From contig JASGJH010000001.1 in the NCBI GenBank assembly GCA_047601445.1, positions 1,856,001-1,920,000 of the forward strand: a DNA stretch of 64,000 bases. Direction: 5' to 3'. The notes beneath the pieces were generated by a model. The model made no database searches. It saw only the letters and a program-made list of their open reading frames with translations, and was not told where the DNA came from. Shown piece after piece: positions 31,656 through 42,983 of this stretch; positions within the stretch are counted from its first letter, which is position 1; the number at the start of each line of letters is the position of its first letter. Position numbers and translations under genes: made by a program. Origin of the DNA: Myxococcales bacterium. Lineage in GTDB: Bacteria > Myxococcota_A > Polyangia > Polyangiales > DASUME01.

Positions 31656-31659
<4 letters not shown>
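30199..31659 (+). CDS. Membrane sensor histidine kinase with HAMP domain
   Basis: Two TMs, HAMP (PLRRI...DEIGALG), H-box AHELGTPL, N-box NLVVNA, FNPFFTTK, GTGLGL; GTG start at 30199 chosen. Confidence 0.92.
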
Positions 31660-33068
<1,409 letters not shown>

Positions 33069-33103
33069 GGCTGATCACGCATCCCGGCGCGGCGCGCCGA
33101 GCA

Positions 33104-33682
33104 TCACTTCACGCGCACCAGCGAGACGTCGATACTGATGGTGATCTCGTCGCCCACGAGCACGCCGCCTGCTTCGAGCGCCGCGTTCCACTTCATGCCG
33201 AACTCGGAGCGCTTGATCTTGGTCTTGGCCGAGGCACCGATGCGCTGATTGCCCCACGGGTCCGTGTGCTCCTCCGTGATGTCGGTGACGTTCAACACCA
33301 CGTCGCGCGTGGTGCCGCGGATGGTGAGCTCGCCCGCCACCTCGAGGGCGTCGCCCTTGCGCGTGACCTTGCGCGATTCGAACTGGACGGTCGGGTACTG
33401 CTCGGCGTCGAAGAAGTCGGCGCTGCGCAGGTGCGCATCGCGCTTCTCTTCCCGGGTGTCGATGGAGGCCACGTCGATGCTGGCGCTCAGCTTGACGGAC
33501 TCGGGACGCTTGGGATCGTACTGCACTTCGCCCGAGAACTTCTCGAACTGCCCCTTCACGTTGCTGATCATCATGTGGCGCACGCTGAACCCCACGCTCG
33601 AGTGGGACGCGTCGATCTGAAAGCGCGGGGCCACACTGGGGGAGGACTGGGTGGTGGGCTGGGTGGTGCTGGAGAGCGTCAT
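33104..33682 (-). CDS. yceI: YceI-family lipid/polyisoprenoid-binding protein
   Basis: IDASHSSVGFSVRHMMISNVKGQF, RDAHLRSADFFD, DPWGNQR, GGVLVGDEI. Confidence 0.92.
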   Translation of the reverse strand: MTLSSTTQPTTQSSPSVAPRFQIDASHSSVGFSVRHMMISNVKGQFEKFSGEVQYDPKRPESVKLSASIDVASIDTREEKRDAHLRSADFFDAEQYPTVQFESRKVTRKGDALEVAGELTIRGTTRDVVLNVTDITEEHTDPWGNQRIGASAKTKIKRSEFGMKWNAALEAGGVLVGDEITISIDVSLVRVK

Positions 33683-33791
33683 GATCGGATTCCTTTCGCA
33701 ATGAGGCGCGCCGTGCGCGCTCGAACAACCTCGATGAAGGGAATCTAGATCGTTGCGAATGAGTGGACTAGACTGACCATTTCGAACGCAC

Positions 33792-33810
33792 TGTTCGTCC
33801 ATATAGAACA
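33792..33810. promoter_or_regulatory. Probable LysR recognition site
   Basis: TGTTC-N9-GAACA dyad containing T-N11-A (33795/33807), between the divergent yceI and lysR genes. Confidence 0.55.
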
Positions 33811-33816
33811 ATCATC

Positions 33817-34743
33817 ATGAGCGAATCCACCGCCCCTGACCTCAATCGCGTCGGCATTTTCCTCAAAGTCGTGGAGGCCGGCGGCTTCACCGCGGCGGCC
33901 AAGGAGCTGGGGCTCCCCAAATCCTCGGTCAGCCGTGCCGTGGCCCTCCTGGAGCAAGAGCTGCGGGCACGCCTGCTTCGCCGCACCACGCGCAAGGTCG
34001 CGCCCACCGAAGCGGGCGCCGCCTTCTACGAGCGCGCGTCGCGCGGCATGGCGCTCCTGGGCGAGGCGCGCGAGGCCGTCGTGGAGCTCGACGCCGAGCT
34101 GCGTGGACCGATTCGGGTGACCACCGCAGTGGACCTGGCCGTGTGGCGCCTTGCACCCGTGGTCTCGGCGTTCGTCGAGCAGCACCCGGCGGTGATGATC
34201 GACGTGGTGCTCACCGGTCGGCGCGTGGACCTGCTCGAGGAGGGGTTCGATTTCGCGCTGCGGGCGGGCAACCTGCAGGACGAGAGCCTGGTGGCGCGCA
34301 GGCTCCCGCCGGCGGAGTTCGCGCTCTACGCGGCGTCCAGCTACCTCGAACGCCACGGCGTGCCCAAGCGGGTCGCCGAGCTCTCCAGGCACCGCTGCGT
34401 GGTCTTTCGCAGCCCCGGCGGCCGCACACGTTGGGAGCTCCACGGCGAAAAGGGCGCACCCGAGTTCGTCGACGTGGTGGGCGCGCTCAACGTGGACGAC
34501 TTCAGCTTCGCGACCCAGGCCGTGGTGGCGGGCGCGGGCATCGGACTGCTACCTGCCTTCGTGGCCGAGGCAGCCGGTGGCGAGCGCATACGTCGCGTCT
34601 TACCGCGCTATTTTTGGCCGGGAGGCCATGTGCACCTGGTGTATCCGGCCGAGCGCTACATGCCCCGACGCTGCGTCGCGTTCCGGGATTTCGTGGTCGA
34701 GCACGCCATGCGCTGGAGCACTCTTCGCTCCCGCGCGAAGTGA
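33817..34743 (+). CDS. LysR-family transcriptional regulator
   Basis: FLKVVEAGGFTAAAKELGLPKSSVSR...LLRRTTR HTH; VDLLEEGFDFALR. Confidence 0.95.
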   Translation: MSESTAPDLNRVGIFLKVVEAGGFTAAAKELGLPKSSVSRAVALLEQELRARLLRRTTRKVAPTEAGAAFYERASRGMALLGEAREAVVELDAELRGPIRVTTAVDLAVWRLAPVVSAFVEQHPAVMIDVVLTGRRVDLLEEGFDFALRAGNLQDESLVARRLPPAEFALYAASSYLERHGVPKRVAELSRHRCVVFRSPGGRTRWELHGEKGAPEFVDVVGALNVDDFSFATQAVVAGAGIGLLPAFVAEAAGGERIRRVLPRYFWPGGHVHLVYPAERYMPRRCVAFRDFVVEHAMRWSTLRSRAK

Positions 34744-34778
34744 GTAGGCGCGCCGCCTGGCCCTGGCGCGACGACGAC

Positions 34779-36242
34779 TCAGTGCGCGAAGCGACCTTCC
34801 ACGTGGATCCCGATCAGCGGGCCAATGGAGAAGCTCTCGTAGTGATTGCGTTGCTGGATACCCGCCACACCCGCGCTTGGGCGCAGGAACAGGCTACCTG
34901 GACCGCCGTTGCCACGGACCAGACGGCGGAACCCGAATTCGGTGAAGAAGTAGGCGGGCTCCGGCGCACCGCTGCCGCGCACCACACCCCACGAGCGCGA
35001 GCCGAGCGGGACCTGGGCGTCGCACTCGATCCAACCAAACTTCCAGCTGTCCCCCGATAGCACCACTGCCGTGCTCACGCCGAAGTGAAGCCCGTCGCGC
35101 GCGCCGAGCCGAACCTGCTGCAGCACCGAGAATTGCACGCGGCTCTCCGTGCTGAGCGGATAGCTGTCGTCGCCGTAGGCGTTGATATCGATCACCCGGC
35201 GCGAGTACAGCATGCCCAGGCCGAGCCCCAGGGAGAAGAAGGTCTGATCGTAGCCCGCGCTCGCGTAAGCTCCGGCGTAGCTCGGACTGCTGTCCTTGCC
35301 CACCAGGAGGCCGAGCGGCTTCAGCTCGAGCTTGGCGTAGGCGTCCATTTTCGGCAGCCAAGTGCCGGCCAAGTCTCCCTGGGCAGCAAACGAGATCTTA
35401 TCGACGGGCAAGAACGGGCGAATGCTGCCCTCGAGCACGAGTTGATCGCCGATGCGCTCGGGTGCCAGGCGGTTGGCGGTGCGCGGCAGCGTGGTGAGCC
35501 GCGCGTGCATGCCCGGCGCCGCGAACTCGCCGAAGCCTGCCGCAATCCGGGCACGGCTGTCACCGATGGCGCGCACCGTGCCGACCAACACGGTCTCGTC
35601 GTGCCCCCCCTCGCTCTCGAGGCCGTCCTCGAGAGGAGCTCCGGTGTTGGCGTAGATCTCGACGCGGTCCCCGAGGTTGAGACCATGCTGCTTGCCGAGC
35701 GAGATGGTGACGTCCTGGTTGTCGACCGAGGTGACCACCCCCTCGTCGCGTGCTGGCAGGCGATGCGCGACCTGCGGGACCACGGCCCCGGTCGACTCGA
35801 TGGTGGCGCTCACTTCGAGGGGAGTCTCCGAGAGCGGCTGGGCGTGTTCCTGCAAGGTCGCCACCCAGACCTGGTCGCCTTGCACGAAGAGCCCGCGCAC
35901 CTTGCCCTGGACGCGATGCCTGGCTTCCACGCGAACCTGTTGGTTCAGGTCGAAGCTCAACACCCAGATCGAGCGCTCACCGCACCCCGCGTAGTAGCGC
36001 CCCTCGCGCGCGACCAAGCTCGAGGTGACGCAACCCATTTCCCCCAGAGCCCCGGTGAGCATCCGCACCGGGTCCGCTGGGGCTCCGGGCCCCTGCGTCT
36101 CCGGGGCCGTGGGAACGGTCGTGGGGGGCGGGGATGGCGCGGTGGTGGGGACCGGCGGGGCTTCCTGGGCCTGGCTGGAGCGACTGGTTCCGAGGAGCAG
36201 AGCGAGGGCGAGCAGCAACGCGCGCCGCTGGGTCGAACGCAT
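34779..36242 (-). CDS. Secreted/outer-membrane hypothetical protein
   Basis: Signal peptide (RRALLLALALLLG...SQA-Q), Pro-rich linker, C-terminal alternating beta-strands ending GIHVEGRFAH. Confidence 0.65.
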   Translation of the reverse strand: MRSTQRRALLLALALLLGTSRSSQAQEAPPVPTTAPSPPPTTVPTAPETQGPGAPADPVRMLTGALGEMGCVTSSLVAREGRYYAGCGERSIWVLSFDLNQQVRVEARHRVQGKVRGLFVQGDQVWVATLQEHAQPLSETPLEVSATIESTGAVVPQVAHRLPARDEGVVTSVDNQDVTISLGKQHGLNLGDRVEIYANTGAPLEDGLESEGGHDETVLVGTVRAIGDSRARIAAGFGEFAAPGMHARLTTLPRTANRLAPERIGDQLVLEGSIRPFLPVDKISFAAQGDLAGTWLPKMDAYAKLELKPLGLLVGKDSSPSYAGAYASAGYDQTFFSLGLGLGMLYSRRVIDINAYGDDSYPLSTESRVQFSVLQQVRLGARDGLHFGVSTAVVLSGDSWKFGWIECDAQVPLGSRSWGVVRGSGAPEPAYFFTEFGFRRLVRGNGGPGSLFLRPSAGVAGIQQRNHYESFSIGPLIGIHVEGRFAH

Positions 36243-36291
36243 GGGCGGCGACACTAGCCGAAGCGAGCAAAGGCCGTCGAGGACCTCGGTC

Positions 36292-36846
36292 TCAGCTCAC
36301 CCTGCGCACCAGGCGAGCGGGATTCCCCACGGCCAGCATGCCCTCTGGGACGTCCGTGATCACCACGCTACCGGCACCGACCACCGCCCCCGCGCCCACG
36401 GAGACGCCGGGGCACAGGATCGCTCCCGCTCCAATCCAGGCCCCGTCTCCGATCCGAATCGGCTTGGCCATCTCCCGTCCGAGCAGGCGCACGTGGGGAT
36501 CGATCGGGTGCGTCGCTGTGAGAATCTGGACACGTGGCCCGACCAACACGTCGTCCCCGAACTCCACCGGCGCGCAGTCGAGGATGATGCAGTCGTAGTT
36601 GATGAAGAGCTTGCGACCGGCGCGGATTTGAGCCCCGTAGTCGCAACGAAAGGGCGGCTCGATCAGCGCGTCTTTGCCGAGCGCGCCGAACAGCTCGTCC
36701 AGAATGCGACGACGCTCCTGGACTTGCTGTGGCTCGGTCGCGTTGTAGCGGTGGCTCAAGGTCTGGGCCCGCAGGCGCAGGGAGACCAGCTCGGGATCGG
36801 TCGCCAAATAGAGGCCCCCTGAAAGCATCAACTCGCGTTCGGTCAC
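36292..36846 (-). CDS. maa: Maltose/sugar O-acetyltransferase (hexapeptide repeat)
   Basis: MLSGGLY, PPFRCDYG, ATHPID, IGDGAWIGAG, VGNPAR. Confidence 0.88.
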   Translation of the reverse strand: MTERELMLSGGLYLATDPELVSLRLRAQTLSHRYNATEPQQVQERRRILDELFGALGKDALIEPPFRCDYGAQIRAGRKLFINYDCIILDCAPVEFGDDVLVGPRVQILTATHPIDPHVRLLGREMAKPIRIGDGAWIGAGAILCPGVSVGAGAVVGAGSVVITDVPEGMLAVGNPARLVRRVS

Positions 36847-36898
36847 GCTCTACCCCTCTTCAGGTCCGCTCCACAGGCAGGCCCGGCGTGCGCCGCAG

Positions 36899-37510
36899 CT
36901 AGGCCTTGCCGATGGCCTTCTTCCAGCTCGGACGCCCGCTGACGCGCTCCCACCAGGCGACGACGCTCGGATACTTCTCGAGGGTGGCCTTGGCGGGCGA
37001 GAGCTGCATGTACTCGATGTAAGGCATGTAGCCGATGTCCGCGAGCGTGAACGCGTCGCCCGTGAGGTAAGGGCTCTTCGCCAGCGGCTTGGCGATGGTG
37101 GCGTAGACCGTGTCGAGCATCTTGTTGGCGCTCTCGAGCACGGCTTCGTCCTGGTTGCGCTTGAAGACGTAGTGATAGACGAACTTCATGGCGCTGGGCG
37201 AGAAGTTGCTTTGCTCCACGCTCATCCACTGGTCCATCAAAGCGCGGCGCTGCAGGTCCGAGGGGACGAGGGAGCTGCCGGTCTTGGCGCACAGGTAGCG
37301 GCAGATGGCGCGCGACTCGTAGAGCTCGAAGCCCTTGTCCTCGATGGCGGGAATCTGGCCGAAGGGCTGGCGCGTCAGGTGAGCCGCCTGCTTGTGCTCA
37401 CCTTTGCCGAGGTCGACGAGCGTAAACTCGTACGGCGTCTCGGTCTCAATCAAGGTGGTCAGGACCTTGCGCGTGCAGGTGCTGACCGGACTTCCAAACA
37501 GCTTGATCAT
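36899..37510 (-). CDS. Glutathione S-transferase (Phi-class-like)
   Basis: STCTRKV, GEHK..HL.RQPFGQIP, ESRAI.RY, YL.GD.FTLAD. Confidence 0.9.
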   Translation of the reverse strand: MIKLFGSPVSTCTRKVLTTLIETETPYEFTLVDLGKGEHKQAAHLTRQPFGQIPAIEDKGFELYESRAICRYLCAKTGSSLVPSDLQRRALMDQWMSVEQSNFSPSAMKFVYHYVFKRNQDEAVLESANKMLDTVYATIAKPLAKSPYLTGDAFTLADIGYMPYIEYMQLSPAKATLEKYPSVVAWWERVSGRPSWKKAIGKA

Positions 37511-37674
37511 GGGGCCCCCTCTTGGTGCGCGAACGAATGCGTTCGGTGTACCGCCTTTGGCGGCCTCGAGCCAACGCGGCCTCACGGGCCTCGAAACAGA
37601 GGCGGTCTAGCGCGGTAAGCGCGCGCTCTACCCTACCCGGCCTCGGTCGCCCTTGCACTCGAGCGCGCGTGGTC

Positions 37675-39156
37675 TCAGTTGCACTCGACCGTGATGGTCT
37701 CGGAGCTGCTGTACATGCATTCGGGAACGACCCCGGACAGCACCGCCGTCACGTCGTGGAAGCCGCGCTGAGTGCAGGTCCAGCCCGTGGAGAGCCCGAC
37801 CTGCGGGCTGAACGTGCCACCCTCGCCGAACCATTCCACGGTCGCGTTCGGGTCGTCACCGAAGACGTAGGCCGTGAGCTGCAGCGTGTGACCGAGCAGG
37901 ATCTCGAGCGGGATGGCGTCGATGGAGCCGACCACGGGGCACATGATGACCGTCACCGCCAGGCACGAGTTGCTGCAGTCGTCGTAGTCGATGGCGTTGC
38001 CGTCGTCGCACTCTTCGCCCGCTTGCAAGATGCCGTCGCCACACGCGGGCAGCCTGCAAGTGTTGGTGCAGCCGTCGTTCGCGACCGCGTTGCCGTCGTC
38101 GCACTGTTCGCCGCTCTGCACTACGGCATCGCCGCACTCGATGGGCATGCAGTTGTTGGGGCAAGCATCGTTGTTCACGTGGTTGCCGTCGTCACAGGCT
38201 TCGCCGACTTGCACGATGCCGTCGCCGCAGGTGGAGGTGGTGGTCGCCGCCTTGCATTGGGTCGTGCAACCGTCGTTCTCCACGGCATTGCCGTCGTCAC
38301 ACTCTTCGACGCCCGTGAAGACAATGCCGTCGCCGCAGACGTTCCACCTGCAGTCCTCGGTACACTTGTCGTTGGGCGTTCCGGGGGTGTCACACTGCTC
38401 GATGCCGGTGGCGTTGCCGTCGCCGCACCCATGGTAGTCCTCGCATTCCACCTGCATCGAGAACGAATCGGTGCATCCGGCGAGTCCCGTCACGCTGGCC
38501 GTAATAGTGATAAGGCCGTGCATCGAGCACGTGAAGGCTGTCTGATGCAAGGGGCCGGTGGTCACTGGGGACGAAAAACTGCCGGCGGATGGGTAGACAC
38601 CTTGGGAAGACGTCCACGCGATCGAGCTGACACCGTGCGAGAGCCAGGCCTCGAACTGCATGGTCGCACCAAAGGCAACAAGGGACGGAAGGGCCTGCAG
38701 CGAGGTGACCAGGGGGCATGACTTGAAGTCGCCGTTGACGATGAGGTCGGCCTGATTGTCGCTCGCCTGACAGACCAGCAGCACGCTCACGCTGGTCGCC
38801 TTGTTGTCGAGCAGCGCGAAGGGCACCGATGCATTGCACGGCTCTCCGAAGGAGGTCGTCGCGGTCACGGCGAGCGTGTAGCCGCCCTGGACGGGCAGGT
38901 TGCCCACGCGGAAGGCGAGCTTGGAGCTGTTCTGGACCGGCACACTCCCGGTGCGGGTGAAGTTGGCGGGGCCGGTGATGATGTAGTGCAGCGAGCCGAC
39001 CTCGCTGTCATCCGGCAGCGTGAGCGCCGCGGAGAGTTGACCGGACCCGTGGGGGTGGTTCGTCCGCGTGCTGGGGTCGGAGGAGGAGCCGCGCGCGAAC
39101 TCGTCCCCGGGCGAGGAACTACAGGCCACCGCCAACGTACAGACCACTGCCGCCAT
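37675..39156 (-). CDS. Lipoprotein with myxococcal cysteine-rich repeats (DUF4215-type)
   Basis: Lipobox LAVAC; five CGDG...GE.CDDGN...DGC-type repeats; start uncertain (39156 or upstream). Confidence 0.85.
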   Translation of the reverse strand: MAAVVCTLAVACSSSPGDEFARGSSSDPSTRTNHPHGSGQLSAALTLPDDSEVGSLHYIITGPANFTRTGSVPVQNSSKLAFRVGNLPVQGGYTLAVTATTSFGEPCNASVPFALLDNKATSVSVLLVCQASDNQADLIVNGDFKSCPLVTSLQALPSLVAFGATMQFEAWLSHGVSSIAWTSSQGVYPSAGSFSSPVTTGPLHQTAFTCSMHGLITITASVTGLAGCTDSFSMQVECEDYHGCGDGNATGIEQCDTPGTPNDKCTEDCRWNVCGDGIVFTGVEECDDGNAVENDGCTTQCKAATTTSTCGDGIVQVGEACDDGNHVNNDACPNNCMPIECGDAVVQSGEQCDDGNAVANDGCTNTCRLPACGDGILQAGEECDDGNAIDYDDCSNSCLAVTVIMCPVVGSIDAIPLEILLGHTLQLTAYVFGDDPNATVEWFGEGGTFSPQVGLSTGWTCTQRGFHDVTAVLSGVVPECMYSSSETITVECN

Positions 39157-39487
39157 CAAGCGCAAGACCCGCACCACAGGAGCTCCTTGCTCGGCTCTCT
39201 CGAACCGCTGGGATGGAACTCTCGTAGACCTGTCCTGTGACACGACGGTGTGCGGCGCGAGCCTTTCTGGAAGCGTCTTCGAAGCGGCCATGTGGAGGGT
39301 CCTCGCGGAGCTCGCGGCGCCGGGAGGTTCGTGCGCGAACTTCGCGAAAGCAGGCTCACCCCACGATTGGTTCGCACACGTCATCTGCCGTGATCAGACG
39401 TTACCGAGCCGTCAAGGGAGCTCCACTCCGGCTCGCTAGACGGTGAGCAGCGCGACACCACCCTGGACGGGTCGCGAGGAGCAGCAC

Positions 39488-40777
39488 ATGACGAACAGCA
39501 TGTCTCGATACGGAGTCTTGGGCCTCTGCGCCGTGCTCGGCGCGCAAGTGGCGGCCGCGCAAGACAGCGCGCCCGAAGCCAAAGCCACCCTGGTGGGCTT
39601 CGCTTCGCTGCCCGCGGACACCTTCCAGCCCGGCCCCAACGCTGGCGGCAACGACGGAACCGGCAAGCCGATCAGCGCCAATGGTCGCACGGGTCCGTTC
39701 GCAGGCCAGCCGGTTCAGGGCTTCAGCGGCGTGCAGTTCGCACCCGGTTTCGGCAACTTCTGGTTCCTCTCGGACAACGGCTTCGGCAGCCAGGCCAACA
39801 GCGCCGACTTCCTCTTGCGCTTGCACCACGCGGAGCCTGACTTCGTGCACGGGTTGCGCCTGCCGGGCAAGACCATCCTGCTCGGCAAGGGCGGGGTGAA
39901 GCTAAAGGGGTTCGTGCAGTTCTCGGATCCAGGTCACTTGGTGCCCTTCCCGCTCGTGCGCGAAAACACGCCGGAGCGCTGGCTCACCGGCGCGGACTTC
40001 GACGTGGAATCCGTGGTAGTGGGGACCCGCGACGACTTCTGGATCGGCGACGAGTTCGGCCCCTTCATCCTGCACTTCAACGCCAAGGGCGAGCTGCTCG
40101 AGGCACCCGTCCCCACCCCCAACCTGAAGGCGGACCGCACGCTCGACGCGAACGCCTTCGTGCGCGCACCACAGAACCCCTATTTGCAGGGCGCGGCGCC
40201 GAATCTGGGCAGCTCCAAGGGCTTCGAAGGCATGGCCTACAGCCCCGACCGGCGCACCCTCTACCCGTTGCTCGAGGGCACGGTGGCAGGGGATCCGGCC
40301 AACGCGCTGCGCATCTACGAGTTCGACGTGAAGAGCTCCTCGTTCAAGCGCTTCGTGGGCTGGTATTCGGCCCCCGAGGGCCGCTCCATCGGCGACTTCA
40401 CGCCCATCAACGCGCACGAGTTCCTGGTCATCGAGCGCGACAACAACCAGGGTGCGGTCGCGGTCGTCAAAAAGATCTTCAAGATCGACATCGCGTCCGT
40501 CGATGCCAATGGCTTCGTGTCCAAGGAAGAAGTGGTGGACCTGCTGAACGTGCGAGACCCGCTGGACCTGAACAAGGATGGCAGCACGGTCTTCACCTTC
40601 CCGTTCCAGACCATCGAGGACGTCCTGGTGATCGACTCGGACACCATCCTGGTGGCCAACGACAACAACTATCCCTTCTCGCTGGGACGCGGGCCTGACA
40701 TCGACAACGACGAGATGATCCTGCTGAAGCTCAACCAGCACCTGCGCATCGACCCGCGTCTCTATCTGCACCAGTGA
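39488..40777 (+). CDS. Secreted phytase-like esterase (beta-propeller)
   Basis: SD GAGGAG; signal peptide; QGFSG, SDNGFG, DVES, DEFGP, GFEGMA, NDNNYP. Confidence 0.85.
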   Translation: MTNSMSRYGVLGLCAVLGAQVAAAQDSAPEAKATLVGFASLPADTFQPGPNAGGNDGTGKPISANGRTGPFAGQPVQGFSGVQFAPGFGNFWFLSDNGFGSQANSADFLLRLHHAEPDFVHGLRLPGKTILLGKGGVKLKGFVQFSDPGHLVPFPLVRENTPERWLTGADFDVESVVVGTRDDFWIGDEFGPFILHFNAKGELLEAPVPTPNLKADRTLDANAFVRAPQNPYLQGAAPNLGSSKGFEGMAYSPDRRTLYPLLEGTVAGDPANALRIYEFDVKSSSFKRFVGWYSAPEGRSIGDFTPINAHEFLVIERDNNQGAVAVVKKIFKIDIASVDANGFVSKEEVVDLLNVRDPLDLNKDGSTVFTFPFQTIEDVLVIDSDTILVANDNNYPFSLGRGPDIDNDEMILLKLNQHLRIDPRLYLHQ

Positions 40778-40810
40778 ATTGAAGAAGAGGGAGAGGGAGA
40801 GCGGGCACGG

Positions 40811-40829
40811 GCAAGGGCACGTTACGGGG
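40811..40829. repeat. Short dispersed repeat family B, copy 1 (within GGGCAC-type hexamer tandem)
   Basis: GCAAGGGCACGTTACGGGG resembles 62568-62587; lies between convergent genes. Confidence 0.45.
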
Positions 40830-40844
40830 ACGTCTTCCCGTCCA

Positions 40845-41723
40845 TCAATCCAAGTCGATAGGACCTTCCGGTAAGACTCGCGAGAACGCGGCCGCTTGGC
40901 TCTCGTCCTCGGCCCAGCCCAGGGCGGCTTCGATGGCGCGCTGCGAGCCCTCGAGCGAGGCCTCGTAGCGCTCCGGGAAGGTCCCCCAGGACCCCCCATA
41001 GACCTCGCCGCGCATGCGCTGCTTGTCGGGCTCGGGCGCCAGCAGCTTGCCCAGCGGGCTCGACACGAGCGCCACGTACTGACGGTAGCCTTTGGACCAA
41101 CCGCGCAGCTCGTCCCAACTGGGCGCCTTGCCGAGTGCGCGCGCGAGCCCCGCGTGGAACGCCTGCGCCAGGTGAGGTTCGCGGTGCACGGCGTCGGCAT
41201 CGACCGCGATGTGCTGCCCGAGCTCGCGGCGCCCCATGAAGTCGAAGCCCAGGCGCGCTTCGTGGAAGAGCACGCTGTGGTACTTCTCGACGTCGGTGTG
41301 ATGTCGGGCCGGATCGCCGCCGACCTTTTGCGCGCGCTCACGGGCCAGCTGATTGACCAGCGGATGCAGCGCACGGTCGATCGCCAGGTGCGAGACGTAG
41401 CCAAGGCACAGCGCCAGCACCTGCTCGGCTTGCTCGCGTGAGCTCGGACGCGCCCGCAAGCGGCGCACGTGCTCGAGGAGCTCGTGGGCCACCGCCACGG
41501 GCGTGGTGAGATGCAGCGCGGCTCCCCAGGCGGATGTGGCCGTGGGGCGCTTGAGCAGATAGCGCGCCACACCCAGCGGAAAGTGCTCGAAGTAGGGGAA
41601 GTCGATTACCAGGCAGCCGAGGCGACCGAGCTCGCGCAAAGGGCCCTGCCGAAAAGACGGCGGCACCTCGGAACGCGCCAAGGAATCGAGAAAGGCCGAG
41701 ATGTGGATGGCTTCGACGGGCAT
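40845..41723 (-). CDS. Zinc-dependent phospholipase C family protein
   Basis: N-terminal MP..A.H, LG...DFPY, GYVSHLAIDRALHPLV, HTDVE metal-ligand pattern. Confidence 0.75.
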   Translation of the reverse strand: MPVEAIHISAFLDSLARSEVPPSFRQGPLRELGRLGCLVIDFPYFEHFPLGVARYLLKRPTATSAWGAALHLTTPVAVAHELLEHVRRLRARPSSREQAEQVLALCLGYVSHLAIDRALHPLVNQLARERAQKVGGDPARHHTDVEKYHSVLFHEARLGFDFMGRRELGQHIAVDADAVHREPHLAQAFHAGLARALGKAPSWDELRGWSKGYRQYVALVSSPLGKLLAPEPDKQRMRGEVYGGSWGTFPERYEASLEGSQRAIEAALGWAEDESQAAAFSRVLPEGPIDLD

Positions 41724-41852
41724 GCGCGCGCCGACCCATACCGCGAGTCTCCACGCATGGCACCTGGACGCGTCCGACTCCGCACGTTCGTTGCCCTCAC
41801 GTCACGCGCACGGCATCGTGCCTTGTGAGCCGCGCTCTGTGCGGAGCGGAGA

Positions 41853-42983
41853 TCAGCCGCCCGCGGGGATCCACTTGCCGGTCGCGCAGCCCGATCCGTC
41901 GCCCGAGCCGCTGTACGTGTTCCAGACGTACTCATCGCCCGTGCCGCACTTGAGGACGCACTGCCCCTTGAACATGCCGTCGCCGTCGAAGGTATCGGTC
42001 TCGGCCTTGCGATTGACGCAGGGTTCCGCCGAATACGTGCCGCCGCGCGCCGTGCACTTGGCCGCGCTGGTCTCGGCCGTCCAGTTCGCTCCGGTGTAGT
42101 CCTCGCAGAAATGGGTCGCCGCCACGGTGAAGAGGAAGGTGCAGCTGCCGGTGTGCGTGGCAGCGGGCGTGCAGTCCATCTGGCCAGGGTCGGGTGCCTT
42201 GGGCTCGCTGGCGAGGGGATCGGCGTCGAACGCGCGCACGCGCAGCCAGTACAGCATCTGCGCGGGGGTCCACAGCTTGCAGTACACCGCGCCCTGGGTA
42301 CCGTCGCTGAAGTCGCCCGTGCCGGGGCTCACGAGCGCGGAGCTCGCGAGCACGTAGCTGTCGCCGTTCTTGGTGAGCGTGGCGTTGCTGGCGGCCCACA
42401 TGGGGCCCACGGCATTGGCCACGTCGTCGGCGAAGCTGAGCTTGTGGCCCATCTGCTCGTAGTGCGCGAGCTCGTCCGGGGTCAGCTGCTCGCGGGCCCA
42501 GGTCCAGGCCTTCTCGTTCGCCAAGCGACAGCTCTGAGGGGTGCCGCTCGGCTGGGCTCCGAGCAGGGCTTTGACGGCCTCCTGGGTGCGCAACTTGCAC
42601 GCGATGCCGCGCGAGAGAGAGGCGCTCGCGGGGGCCACCGGGTTCGGGTAGAGCTCCACGAAGGCCTGCACCTGGAGCACGCCATTCGCCACGTCGGCAC
42701 GGCTGCTCACGAAGTCGTTCACGTTGGCCGAGGTCACCTGCTTGACGGAAGCGTCCGGCAGCCCCATTTCGTCGAAGCCGGTGACGGTGCGCTGGGCGGT
42801 CACGCACCAGGTCGCATCGAGCGCCGCAGCCGACACGAACGGATCGGCAGGAGGCTGACCCGCGTCGGAGTCCGTGTCTCCTTCGGCGTCCCCTCCATCG
42901 TCCCCACACCCACTCTGCGCCACCCCAGACAACAACAACGAGCCAACGAACACACGACGTAGCCAACGATCACGAAATGACAT
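41853..42983 (-). CDS. Cys-rich lipoprotein of unknown function
   Basis: Lipobox-like QSGC followed by an acidic linker; several Cys in the C-terminal domain; GC3 bias. Confidence 0.7.
   Translation of the reverse strand: MSFRDRWLRRVFVGSLLLSGVAQSGCGDDGGDAEGDTDSDAGQPPADPFVSAAALDATWCVTAQRTVTGFDEMGLPDASVKQVTSANVNDFVSSRADVANGVLQVQAFVELYPNPVAPASASLSRGIACKLRTQEAVKALLGAQPSGTPQSCRLANEKAWTWAREQLTPDELAHYEQMGHKLSFADDVANAVGPMWAASNATLTKNGDSYVLASSALVSPGTGDFSDGTQGAVYCKLWTPAQMLYWLRVRAFDADPLASEPKAPDPGQMDCTPAATHTGSCTFLFTVAATHFCEDYTGANWTAETSAAKCTARGGTYSAEPCVNRKAETDTFDGDGMFKGQCVLKCGTGDEYVWNTYSGSGDGSGCATGKWIPAGG

Noticed and set aside
33762..33770. AGTGGACTA identical to part of the MocR operator at 61023-61031
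   Set aside because: Only a 9-bp half-site without the matching inverted arm; plausible by chance
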